NCBI GenBank assembly: GCA_965202585.1
Contig: OZ241826.1
Location: 89,528,001-89,592,000 of the forward strand
Direction: 5' to 3'
Source: Thalia democratica
Taxonomy: Eukaryota
Length of the DNA stretch: 64,000 nucleotides
The position numbers and the translations under genes are program-made. The notes below the pieces were generated by a model. The model ran no database searches, was not told the DNA's origin, and saw only the letters and a list, made by a program, of their open reading frames with translations. Within the stretch, counting starts at the first letter, position 1. Each line of letters begins with the position of its first letter. Of this stretch, positions 52,326 through 64,000 are shown in pieces.

Positions 52326-53899
52326 TAACATTTGAAATTATTTCAATTTATTTTATTTATTTAAATATCTTTGTTTTACTAAAACTGTTACCCTTGACCC
52401 TTATTATCTGTCGGTATTTTTTTCCTTCTTTTTTGCTTTTTATTAATAAATTTTACGTTTTTATATTCAAGTTTTTTTTTATTAATAGTTATTATTTTTA
52501 CTATCACTGTTACCCCTAATCCTTGGCCGTTAAATTACTTTTTATTATTACTTTTTAATAATTTATTTTCTATTCATTTCAATTCTGTTTTAGCTTTGTT
52601 TATAAATTTTTATAAATCAATTTATAAAAAAAAAAATATGTTTTTGTAATTATCTTAAAGTGTTGAATATAAGTTTATTTTCTTTTTCTCTTTTTGTATG
52701 TCCTGTTTAAGTGGCTCAGGTTTTGATGCCTGTGTCCAACATTGCACAATAAACAATATAATAATTTTAAAAAATCTTTATTCAGTATTCGCTGTTCAGA
52801 TGACATGGCAATATTAGCATATGGCAACTCTACTCGGTAATGTAATTTCCATAAGCAAGAATCTATTTATGATTCTTGTGAAATTGAGAATATTTTAACC
52901 ATGGTAAACCTTCTTAATAGGCTTTGTAGTTGAATTGGTTAAAAAAATTCACAATAATCAGCTGTTTTTTAGTTATGTCTAAACAAACTTTGGAAACAAA
53001 CTATAATAAGTGTTAAGTATATCAGGTAAAAAAAGTTTATAAAAACTTGAATTTTGATCTATTCTTGAATATTTAAAGGAAACGGGGAAGTTAGGTAGGA
53101 AAAGTATTTATAGTTATGCTAGGTGGGCTTGATAAGTGGCGACGCGTGGTGATTTGTCAGGCGGTGCTGAAATTTACAAGTAATTAAAGAAGTTATTTGT
53201 TTTATATAATTCAAAAACTAAGTTAGTGAAATAAATGTACTATAATTACAACAAACAGTTAGTAAACTAAAGTAACTCTAATTTATACCTTTTTAACAGA
53301 CTTTTATACTTTATGACGTAAATATTTTCAACTAGATTTTTTGAATTCATTGTATACAACTATAATTACACTACAATATTAATAGTTTTTAGCAAGATTA
53401 TTCTGAGAATGCGCTAAACGAATTATATTAATAATTTTTTTTTTTTAATGAATGACTTATGTTCAAATTTTTTAGTTTAAACCAGCAAGAAAACCAAACT
53501 TTTCAAAAACTAAAGTTTGTATAAAAAATTATAGTTTTAACAGTTTTAAAACAAAATAATACGTGTTTTATCTTTTTAAGGTATTTCTGCTCAAATGCTC
53601 TATCCCACACAACGGCCCTAATTGGTTTATAAAAAGTAGTTCCTTTGGAAATATACTAAAGAAGCCACAATGTCCATTTTATATTTTTACAATTATCAAT
53701 TTAGTTTCTACAGAGTTTAAAATGGTAAGGTAAAGGTAAAAAGAATTGATATTGAGATTTTGCTAAAAGTTATTATTAAATTTTTTTAGAACTGCTTGAT
53801 ATTTGTTTTTGTATGTCTATTCTTGATCAGATAACGTCTTTAGTCAAATTTTTTTTTTTTTTTTTTGAAAATGTTCAGTTTATAGTGTTGTTATTCTAT

Positions 53900-53938
53900 A
53901 GAACATTATAGATATAGAATCTATATCTATAATGTTCT
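53900..53938. repeat. Perfect 19-bp-stem hairpin with a 1-nt loop
   Basis: AGAACATTATAGATATAGA-A-TCTATATCTATAATGTTCT. Absent from the left-arm counterpart (~14733-14752). Confidence 0.95.
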
Positions 53939-56448
53939 GTGGCTTTCATTTATAAAAGATACACTGTTCATACTGTCTTGCCTGATTTAAATAAAGTAGT
54001 CTCAAATAGAATCTAGTATTTATAAGGTAGATTTAATTATGATGTTGAGTACCAATGAATTAAGTGTACAAACACCCATACCTTAATTGAGATTCACTTT
54101 GATAATGGCAAGAATAGGCAGTGTAATGGAATGTTAGTTTCACAGCTGTTCCATTTAGTTGAACACTAAATACTATAAAATCAGTCAACCAGAAAGCAAG
54201 TTGATCTGAATCAAGATTACAGTTTTTATATATAGCTATATAAACTAGCCACAGTGTGATTACAGTGACACTCTAGTCAAGACCTTCCAGATGTAGATCC
54301 AGAAACTAAACTTATTTGTTGTCATAATTTTTATTGTAAAGTCTGTTTTTAAACAATGTTTTTTCTTATAACTGATTTTTACATTAACTCCAGGTAGTTA
54401 ATTCTTAATTTAATTTTAAATTCTCATAGTATGCTCATGGTACATTTAAATGTTGTGTAAAAGTTTTGACTAAATTTAAAGCTTTTCCTAGAATATGATG
54501 TTCTTTATTTATTAGTGTTTGCTATGAATTTTGATATAAATTATAACCACCAAAGATCATGCTTAGTTTTTATAATTAGTATAGAAAACTTTAATTATCA
54601 TTAGTTCTAAGTAAAGTTTAAATTTGATTATGGATTTTAGTGTGGTTGTACAGTACACTATAACCTTACACGGCGTTCTAAAGGTAAATAGTCAGCAGTG
54701 ATCCAGGTAACAGCTAAATACGACCAAAACAGTATTTTACCCAAATAAATTTTACTTGTATATTTATTTTTTTATTTTCAAGGCAGTATTTATAAAATTT
54801 TTGTCTCCATTTTAATATGTTTAACTTTTTCATTTCATAGTGCATTTTATTTAAAAGTACTTTTAAATAAATTTTATAATAAAGCAATATTTAATTTTTA
54901 TTAAGCAGTACTCACATTTACTACCTGCCATTTTAAAAGCCGTTGAGGATTAAACATAACCAGAAAACAAAGGAGGTTGAATAGACCATCAGGTAATAAG
55001 CCTTTATATTTATTTATTTCATTATTTATTAGTATACAATAGGGGAGTTAAATGCAAACATCAACAATAATTGTCCCATTGTAAATCAACACAGTCATGA
55101 TAGATCTAACAAATTTTAAGGCAACAAATTCACAATAGAATTAACAAAATATAAGTCTACAAAGTCAAAATAGAGCTGATAATTTTTAAATCCACAAAGT
55201 CACAACAAAACTGTCAAATTTTAATTCTACAAAGTACAATAGAACTGATAAAATGTAAGTCCAAATTACTCAAAAAGAGTATTGACAATGTATGAGTAGA
55301 ATTAGGTAAAAGAAATCGATGACCAAATTTTAAGTCACATTGTTAAATTTATGTAAGGATCTTGAACCTTAATAGCATTATAGAAAAATAAAATGTTTAT
55401 TAATAGCTAAGCAAATAAATACCAGTAACATGCTAAAAATTTTTCAAATTTGTATGATAGGGGTTTGCATAGGTATAAAAAATTAGTGTATTTGTAGTTG
55501 AAAAAGTTGTTTTTATTATAATACTGATTTTATGTTTTTGCCTAGAAATTGAAAGTTCTATCATTTAAATATTCTAAAAATGCCTTTAGAGAAATTTAAA
55601 TACTCTTATTTTTCTTTATCTGACAGCTTTTTAAACTATTTTTTTGGAAACATTTTATTTTCTTATTACTGTCAACTTAAATGTTTCCTATTTGATTAGT
55701 TTTAAAACTAATTTTAAATTTTGTGTGTTTTTTTGTTTTATATATTTTTTTTCTGCTGTTACTTTAAAGAAGTAGGGAAGTTGCACTGTTTGAAAAAAAG
55801 AGTTACTTTCCCTCACCATTCTAATAGCAATAAGGAGAAGAAGATTCTTTTTGAAAATAATAGGAACAGGAAGTGTACTGGAATACCAGTTTCACTGCTG
55901 TTCCATTAAGTGAACTCTAAATATTATAATATCAGTCAACCAGAAAGATATTTTATTTGTAGCAAGTTTAAGTTTTAAGATATTGCTGTATAAACCAGCC
56001 ACAATGTGATTGCAGTGATAATCTAGTCAAGACGTTCCATATGTAGTTCCAGAAGTGACGTCATTTGTTAATATGTTGTTTATTGCTGATTGTAAAGTTC
56101 TTTTTAAACTACTGTTTATTTCTTAAAACTTTTATTTACTTTAACACCAGGGAGTTAATCTATCATTTAAATTTAAAATACTTATAATATATTCATTTTA
56201 AATTTTATTTTTGTGTAAAAGTTTTGATTACATCTAAATTGTTTTGAAAGTGTGATGTTCTTTATTTTAAATGTTTGATATTTCCTTTATATAAAACATA
56301 GCCACTAAACTAGTCATTCCTAGTTTTTAGAAGTAGTAAATATATCTTAACATATCATTAATTCTAATAGAAAGTTTAACTTTGATTAGGTTTACAATAT
56401 TAAAATAAAAACTTACGTCCTCGGGTGAGTGTAGCAAAAAAAAGTGAA

Positions 56449-58516
56449 ATGGAATTTATAAACTTATGCAAAGTAAACATTGGAAAGCGCGCTTATATTC
56501 CAAGTGCAGGTGACAATTTTTTTTTTTTTTTTAACTTTTCAAAAAACTATATTATTAAGTTTTTTTAATAAATAAATCTATTCTGTTTAAAAATAATTGG
56601 TTTATGACGTAATAATAAAAAGTACAAAATAAATTGCTGAAGCTATTAAACTGCATAAAAATAAATATTAACCAATCATACAAAGAAAAAACAAAAAATT
56701 ATTTTAGTTACATGTAAAATGTTTTACGAAATAATACTTTTGTGTTTTTAAACTAAAAGTATGATAAGTATTACCGAGAACCTATTTAACTAAAAAGGAC
56801 TTTTGTTAAAAGAAATTTTAAACAATTCCGTATTATATATTTCTTTAAAGATTTATTAGTTATGTTATTATAACTACTCAAATCTTAAACGTTTTTCAAT
56901 ACTCTAGGGTCGTAGAAAAAAACCAAACTGTTATTATAATAGTTTTTCAAAGCTTGAATTTTATCATTTCCAACACTTTTATTTTAAGAATTGTTGTTTA
57001 AATCAAATAAAACTAATTGATGCCATAGATCATATACGTCTTTTTTCTGTTGTATGATTAACTGTTATAATAACCAAGAAACTGAAAATTATTTTTAGAG
57101 TCATTGCAATTTCAAAAAGACAACATTTTACCATTTGTGAAGGCAAACAATGTTTATTTGAACAAAGACGTAGAAAAAGCAATCTACAGAAGTATAGAAA
57201 ACAACATCAAAGTCAACTGCGTGGCTCCTTTAAGTTACTCGGCGGTGCTTTTTAAAAACTCAAAGTTGTACGAAAATTTGTGCGAAAAGTCACTTTTGTT
57301 CGCCGAACGCTGCTTCCAAACCGTTGCGGACTCACGCGACTTTTTAGAACTGGAATTCAAGCACGTCATAAGAATACTTTCAAGCGACGAGCTGAACATC
57401 GATTCGGAAATGGAAGTGTTCCACGCGGCCAACTCCTGGCTGCTCCACAACGTCGCAGAGCGCAGCAAGCGCGCAAGGCGCCTCCTGTCGAGCGTCCGCC
57501 TCCACTTGCTGTCAGATCACGCTCTGAACTACGTTTTGGAAGTAAAATCGCCTCTGGTTGAAGGTTGTGCCGGCATCGTAAGGGTAGTTTTGGACGGCAA
57601 GAAAGACCGGGTGTCGGCAAATGCCAACATTAGGTACTGCACTCAAAATGCTTTCGATTTGATGTTTTGCGGAGGCAAGCGCGGCAGCAAGCTCGTCACC
57701 GACACTTTCACCGTGAACGCGAGCGACTGCGAAAATATGAAGACCCTGCCTCCGATGATAACGGGCCTGGTGTTTGGCAGCGCGGTTTGCCTCAAGGATG
57801 AGGTTTACGTGCTCGATCGAGTGGAACTAGGCGTGTACAAGTACTCGCGCGTGACGAACAGCTGGCAGGTTGTGACGAACATGCACGACGGCCGCAAGAC
57901 GTTCAGCGCCTGCTCCTTCGTCGGCAACGTTTACGCAGTCGGCGGTTGCATCCGCGGCGCAGCAACCGATTCCTGCGCAAAGTTCAGCGCGAAATGCGCA
58001 GCGTGGGAGCCGGTTGCGAGGATGAACGAGGCGCGGTTCAACTTTGACTGCGCCGTGTTCCAAGGAAGAATCGTGGCGACGGGAGGGAAGAGCCGAGTGG
58101 TGGAAGGGGGAGGCCCGAGATCGGGATCGCTGAAGTCGGTGGAGGCGTACGATCACGTGGCCGACGCGTGGACGAGAATGCCCGACATGGTTGAAAGCAG
58201 GTTTCAGCACAAGTCGGTGGCGATGAAGAACAAGCTCTTCGTCGTAGGCGGCTTCTTGGAATGGTACGAAGTTTTCGACTCGACCTGCAACAGGTTCACG
58301 GTGGTTTTTCCCGATCACAGTAGATACGGCGATCGCAACCTAGTTCTAAGTGAACCTGCCGAAATTTTTTCCATCGGCGGCAAGCTGGTAATGTTTGGTG
58401 TCGGTTGGGATCTTGTTTTTTATTTTGATGTTGAGAGTGATGAATGGTCTCAAATTGAATGGGAAACTTTAAGAAAAACCATGTATTATTGCGGTGTCAA
58501 ATTACCTCACTTCTAA
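56449..58516 (+). CDS. BACK + Kelch-repeat protein (KLHL-like, little or no BTB), copy 2; exons 56449-56509 and 57099-58516
   Basis: Exon 1 MEFINLCKVNIGKRAYIPSA ends G|gtgaca and joins tttag|AG TCA TTG. I count ~35 amino-acid differences over 470 aa against copy 1. Confidence 0.9.
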
Positions 58517-61500
58517 CATTAACATTTTTATAAAGCTGTTTAGACGAAAATTATTTATAACTTAGTTTAGCGTATAGAATTATTTTTTAGTTTGAGTGAA
58601 CTAAATATGCTTAATGAGCTGAAAAACGTATACAAATTTGGAAATAAATTTTTTACTTGCTTTTTCATTTTATTAATTATATCAATTACAAAAAAAATTA
58701 CTCGGCTTTGTTTTTTTTCTTTAATAAAATCTATATAAAACGTTGGATTATGTATTATTGTTATGTATTCATTTTTATTAGTACTAGTGAACCTGATGTA
58801 GCCGGTTTTAAAATTTTCAAACAAAACGTCTAAAAGTGAGTAAGTAGCTATACTTAACTTATACAACACAATTACTTAAAGAGAACTGTAACAATAAAGA
58901 GATCACGCTCGAATAAATAAGCTGTTAGTAATTTTTCAGAAATAGTAGTTGACTTTTTATTGCATAGGTTTACAACATTTATCCGCATATTTAATTTACC
59001 TAAATGGTAAAACTGAAAGAATAAATTGTAAATTAATTACTTAGTTAATTTTATTGAGAAAACTTTCTTACAACTTCTCTTCACTTGTTCTGGTGGCCAC
59101 ATTTCAATTGAGATTTAACAGAAAAATTAGCAACCAGTTATATGCTAGTAAGTTAGCTATAGCTTCAATACTTTATATGCCGAGCTTTTTGTCAAAAAAT
59201 ATTATATCCACCAATATTTGTATACTCATAAATATTATAGTATTAAGCTTTTTTTAATTTAAAAATGTTACAGAACTTAAGTGCTTTCATGATTAATAAT
59301 ATTATTTTAGTCTTTTTGAGTAAGGCAAACAAATTTCTGCTCAAAGAGCTCTTAAGTGCTAAAAGTTAAATAAAACCTAATAACTAATAGAGTTAAAACA
59401 ATAACAAAACTGTCATTATAAAACTATAAAAATACTATCAAAGATTTGAAACCGTACCATTGCTAATTTTGAGCTTTTTAAACAGTTAATTTGTTTACGA
59501 TTAGTCCATTAGTAAAAATGGTTAAATTTATGATAAAGATTAGAGTTACTTTATGGTTAGGTAAATGAATTTAGTGCGAAATAGCTTAAGTGCAATACTA
59601 CTTTAATTCGTACAATTGAAAAGTACTTTAAAAGTTTAAATTTTTGAAAACTCTTCATAACTTTTAAAAATTTACTTAACTAATTTGTCTTATACGTATA
59701 ATAATTCTTTGGATTTAATCATTTAATGCTAATTAAGTTTGAATTGCAAAAAACCTAAGTATTGATACATCAGAACCGAAATCTGAGCTCGGATCCGGCC
59801 GGTTTCTAGTTGAAAAAAAAGATTTGGATCCGGCCGGTTCTCGACTTATAAAATTGATCCTTATCCTAAAATAAACATCTAGATCCGCATCCCAGATCCT
59901 AACTTGTTGATCTGGTAGATTACTAACATTTACTAAAATTATATTTTAAAAAATCAACTGGCACAAGCTCTATCAACTTTGTATGTATTAAGCGTTGATT
60001 TTAGTTATCTGAAGTGACGGTACTCGCGGTTATTCAAATTTGTGCAAACTGAACTAGAACGAAAGAGTTTAGTAAACCCCAAGCTCAAACCTACTCAAAA
60101 ACCATCCAGAGACCTTCATTTTTTGAATTTCATCATAAACTCCAGAATGTCTGGTGTAAGTTTCAAAATAAACTTCGACACCATAAAGTCTTCGTCACAC
60201 CGTGAAGACCTCTAATCTAAAGTATGCTGTTGTAGTGAATATTCAAAAATTAAGGTGTTGTTTTCAGATAAAAAATCGAGCTTTAACAACATTTCATTTC
60301 TACAAACAGTCTAAACCAGGTAAACTTTATTAGATACATGTTGTTAAGACTTATCAGATTAAAAAAAAAGTTTAATAACAGGTAATCCAGTTTTAATTGC
60401 TTTTCTTTTTGTGTTTTTAAACCATTGAATAAATACTTTAATTAACAAAATAGATAAAGCTTGAATTATTATTTTTTCTAACTTTACTTTGACTGTTTTT
60501 AATGGTTATTCTTTGCATTATTCTTAATAATTATTTTGATAAAGTCAATTTAACAATAGTAAAACTATCTTTTCAAACAAACTAAAAAACTTACTTTTAT
60601 AGAAAATTCAACCCAGAGCTTTTTCAATTGGACAATTTAAACCGCTTAGTGAACGAGTTTAAGTTACTATGTATTTTTTAAACATTGTTATAAAAACTTA
60701 TGCTAACTAATAAACTTTTTAAAGGAAACATGTTTAAAAAGAAAACAGAGTTTTGCTGATGTGAGAAGTTTCTGACATTAACGCTTGTAAACAAGATATT
60801 TCGAAAAATGTCAACGTAAGTATTTTAAATACTTAAAAATCAATTTTATACAATATCAAGTATAGCAGGTATTTTTTAAAATGTCTGGAAAAGTGTTTTA
60901 TCATTGAAATGTCTTGAGAACTAAAAAAGCTGTTATTACGTCATTTATTTTGTTTTGTTTTTACATTTTCGTAGTAGTTAATTTTTTTTCAACTTACAAT
61001 ATTTTGTTTTAAGTCGTTCGTGCAATTAATTGCACTTTTAAAAAAAAATTAACCAAAAATAACTCTACCGAAAACTCCTTAATATTCTAACTTGTGGCTG
61101 AATCTTTTTCAGTTCTAATATTATTATCATTAAGTTTAACTGCCGAAGGATAAAGTATTTTAGTTATAGAAATGACCATTTTTTCTAGCATTTGTCATTT
61201 AATTCACACTAATACGCAAATTTCTAACATACATACAATACGTTGATAATCAAGTAGTACAATTAGGATGTTATTTAAGGAAACGTTTTACGAGTGTTTG
61301 AAAACTTTATATAGGTTTAAATTAACATAAAACAACTTAAAATTATTAAGAAAAAGATTAACTTCTGCCTTTTTTATTCCTAAGATAAAATTTTCTATAA
61401 TAAAAGGTGCTAGTCTTGTAAATAAATCATTTTTAGAACTTTTAGATACATTTCATAGTGTTTTTGTTATAGTAAATAAATTATTTTTATTTTTGCTAAA

Positions 61501-61785
61501 TTTAAGGATATGTAAACGTAAACAGATTTATTTTATGCAGTCAATTAAAAAGAGAAAACTTAAAAAGTTTTTAAATAAAAAGTTTCAAATTGTCTTAAAA
61601 TAGTACAGGAGTTTTAGAAGCCAAAACTATTTTAGAATATTAGGAATACTATTAGCTTCAAACAATTAATCTATTAATATTTTTGTATTAATTATACTTC
61701 AAATTATTTTTGAAATAACATTTATTTTTTTTTACAATTCAATTTATTTTGTTTATTATAAAAGAAAATATAACAAACTATTCCA

Positions 61786-63920
61786 ATGATGACGAAAAAA
61801 TCTTCTAATGATCCTAAAGATGGCAAAAACAAATGTTTAAGTTTAGAAAAAGCTTCAAGATTTCCTGTTAAAAACAACATGAGTTCCCCCGTGAAAAACA
61901 ACACGGAGTCTACTGCGAGCATGTTCAATGCCGTGCGGTCTCCCAGTTCTTCGAGCAAACCCGAAGAAGTTGCCTGCGATTCGAACTCTTCTGACGAGTA
62001 TGACGACGTCAACTTTAACAGATTGCTGCCAATCGACGAATGGGAACACGTTGAAAAAGAAAAGTGCGAATTTAAAGACCGGACAGCTGTGCAAGAACTA
62101 GAAAAAGCAACTAGTGCACAGCCTCCAACCACTTTGCCTATCAAAGACTTAAAAGGTGAGTTGTGGCAAAAATACGTCAGAGAGTTTTCACTAGTCCCTC
62201 TGGCGGAAAGGAGAAATCTGCTCGATGACTGCGCAGGAATGATCGCAAATGCTTTTGGATCGTGCAGGAACCATGAGTGAGTTTATTGATAATATATTTG
62301 CACAAATAATAATTAATTTACAATTTTTTCAGTTCACTTGTGTAAAATAAATGTTGTTAGTTAAACTAAATGTTACTAACACAAAAGAGGAAAACTTGAG
62401 AAGAACCTGGAAAAAGATTTGCCAAAAAACTTTTGCCTTATTCAAAATGAAGAGACGTTTGTTGGCCACATTGAGTTGTCGAATTCTTTCAAACACAGAT
62501 CTGAAGCGCAATGCTTACTAGTCAAATCAGGTTTTAACTAACTTTTGTTTACTTAACAGTTTTGTAAGCTGCCGAAACTTTTAAATAAAGTAAAAATAAC
62601 GATTATGAAACTTATTATTATTTTTCAACTATATGACCCATACAAATTTTACTTTTTTTTTTTTGTTTACGTAATTTAAGGGATTTCTTGATCAAAAACT
62701 AAGAATTTATGTAAAAACTAAAATGAGCCATATGTTTGAAAAATAATAGTGAGTTGGGAATATATATAATAATGTTATAAAACTTAATTGCATAAATCTG
62801 TTAAAAATAAAACTTAAAATTAAAAAGTTTACTTTTGCTATAAAACCATGTAAAAAAAACCAAAATCATGCAAATTTGGAAAGTTTCTGAAAAATTTATT
62901 TGAGCATATACATAAAAAAAAAATAAATTAATTAATAACGTCTTAAAACTTGACCAAATAAGTATGTTAATAATAAAAAAAATGAATAAAAAAATTATTT
63001 TGGAGAAAAAGGTTGCAAAGTGAAAAAATGTAAAAAAACATTAAATTTTTAAAAGGGCCCCACTACTATAGTAAAACCCCAATGCGATAAAATTTATTTT
63101 GAAAAGCTAAGCAGAAGAACGGTTTGTAGAATAAAAAAAAGTTTAAAGTTAGCATTAAAGAAATTGAAAATAATCAGTTTTAAAGTTTGGTTACAAAAAA
63201 AAATTACAAAAAAAGCCATTCAAGCCGTGTTAACGCTCGTTTTCTAAAATAATTTTCATAATCAAAAATTTGGCAGAAATATTAAAGTAAGTCCCCCTGT
63301 ATTTACCAGATATTATCCATCTTTAGTTACCCAGTCAATATTAGCCTATTTTTGCCCATTACCAAAACTCGCTGTCAAGAAGGTTTGGGCTTTTTGTATA
63401 AGTTTCAACATGCTAACAATAGGTTATAATGAGGTTTTTTTGACTTTACATTAGTATAGATTTAAATAGTTTCATACATTAAAAGTGTTGATAAAAAATA
63501 AGTTTAATAAAATTTTCGCATAGCTTTTAATCCGAAAAGTTTAGCTAAAAGGTTAACTAAAGTATTATTTAAAAAATACTCTAAAACTAAATTAAACGGC
63601 AATAGTTTCACGTATCTCGTTGTTTCCAGACTCTTTGCTTTGAGCAATGAAATAAATTCAGAATTTTATTTTATTTTTCAGTTGCGATTGCAGAACCCCA
63701 CCGATGTCTAAGAAAAGGAGAAATAATGCTGTCCATGGCTGAAAAGTGGGCGTCTGAACATGGGTATCGTCGCTTTTACCTGGGCGCTAATGAAAGAAGG
63801 CCTATTAAATTCTACCAGCGCCTAGGGTACAAACCAACTGGAATAGAAGGACTGATTGATGTGGAATCTATTGATGAAACCGGAACTTTATGGACGTATG
63901 AGTTTTTTAAAAATATTTAG
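61786..63920 (+). CDS. NAA80: NAA80 (NAT6)-like GNAT N-acetyltransferase with a ~120-aa low-complexity N-terminal extension; exons 61786-62276, 62388-62530, 63682-63920
   Basis: Phases are 2 and 1 and consistent. The spliced core EFSLVPLAERRNLLDDCAGMIANAF...DLPKNFCLIQNEETFVGHIELS...QCLLVKSVAIAEPHRCLRKGEIMLSMAEKWASEHGYRRFYLG...FYQRLGY matches my recollection of human NAA80 (ELTLEPVHRRPELLDACADLIN...FPLCL...VVGHARLS...SLLVETVVV...RGRGFG...FYTHLGY). Confidence 0.8.
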
Positions 63921-64000
63921 AATTAATTATAACGTGCTCTTGTGTTTTTAACATTGACTCGCAATAAAAGTTTAACTTACTATTTTATTTATACCATCTG

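Larger units (their letters stand above)
52770..60680. repeat. Right arm of the large inverted duplication (partner 6645-15860)
   Basis: Reverse-complement colinear with the left arm and lacks both left-arm MITEs. Confidence 0.95.

Noticed and set aside
6645-60680. Inverted arms as the terminal inverted repeats of a giant transposon (Polinton- or Teratorn-like)
   Set aside because: There are no sharp termini or TSD, and no integrase, polymerase or capsid genes. The arms are diverged and contain an ordinary spliced gene.
63310-63422. Candidate alternative NAA80 exon with the same phases (2 and 1) as exon 2
   Set aside because: The donor is weak (GTTATA) and there is no similarity to exon 2 or to NAA80. 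Exon 62388-62530 fits the family far better.

Overview
Very AT-rich eukaryotic DNA (roughly 20-25% GC by eye) with spliceosomal GT-AG introns. RFX and NAA80 homologues point to an animal genome. The supplied ORF track only shows single exons, so I reconstructed the genes by hand from splice sites and codon phase. (1) Three minus-strand copies of an unusual gene (1-3791, 23658-28996, 34625-42879). Its small 5' exons encode only the C-lobe of a catalytically dead protein-kinase fold, spliced to a ~520-530-codon terminal exon with no domain I recognise. (2) Two BACK+Kelch genes with little or no BTB domain (9228-11230 minus, 56449-58516 plus), sitting in the arms of an ~8-9 kb inverted duplication that encloses ~37 kb. 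(3) A short RFX winged-helix gene (18590-21181) and a 5'-truncated, C-terminally frameshifted copy (30712-32164). The copy starts just after a 6-bp microhomology junction equivalent to a 14,193-bp deletion. (4) An NAA80-like GNAT acetyltransferase (61786-63920) with a non-canonical acetyl-CoA-binding loop. (5) Many non-autonomous DNA transposons (hAT-like, Mutator-like, TTAA-targeting), two of them with an empty site in the other arm, plus a probable transposase remnant and a decayed tRNA-like sequence. The best candidate for something undescribed is the amplified kinase-C-lobe/orphan-domain family. All identities are hand estimates; no database searches were run.
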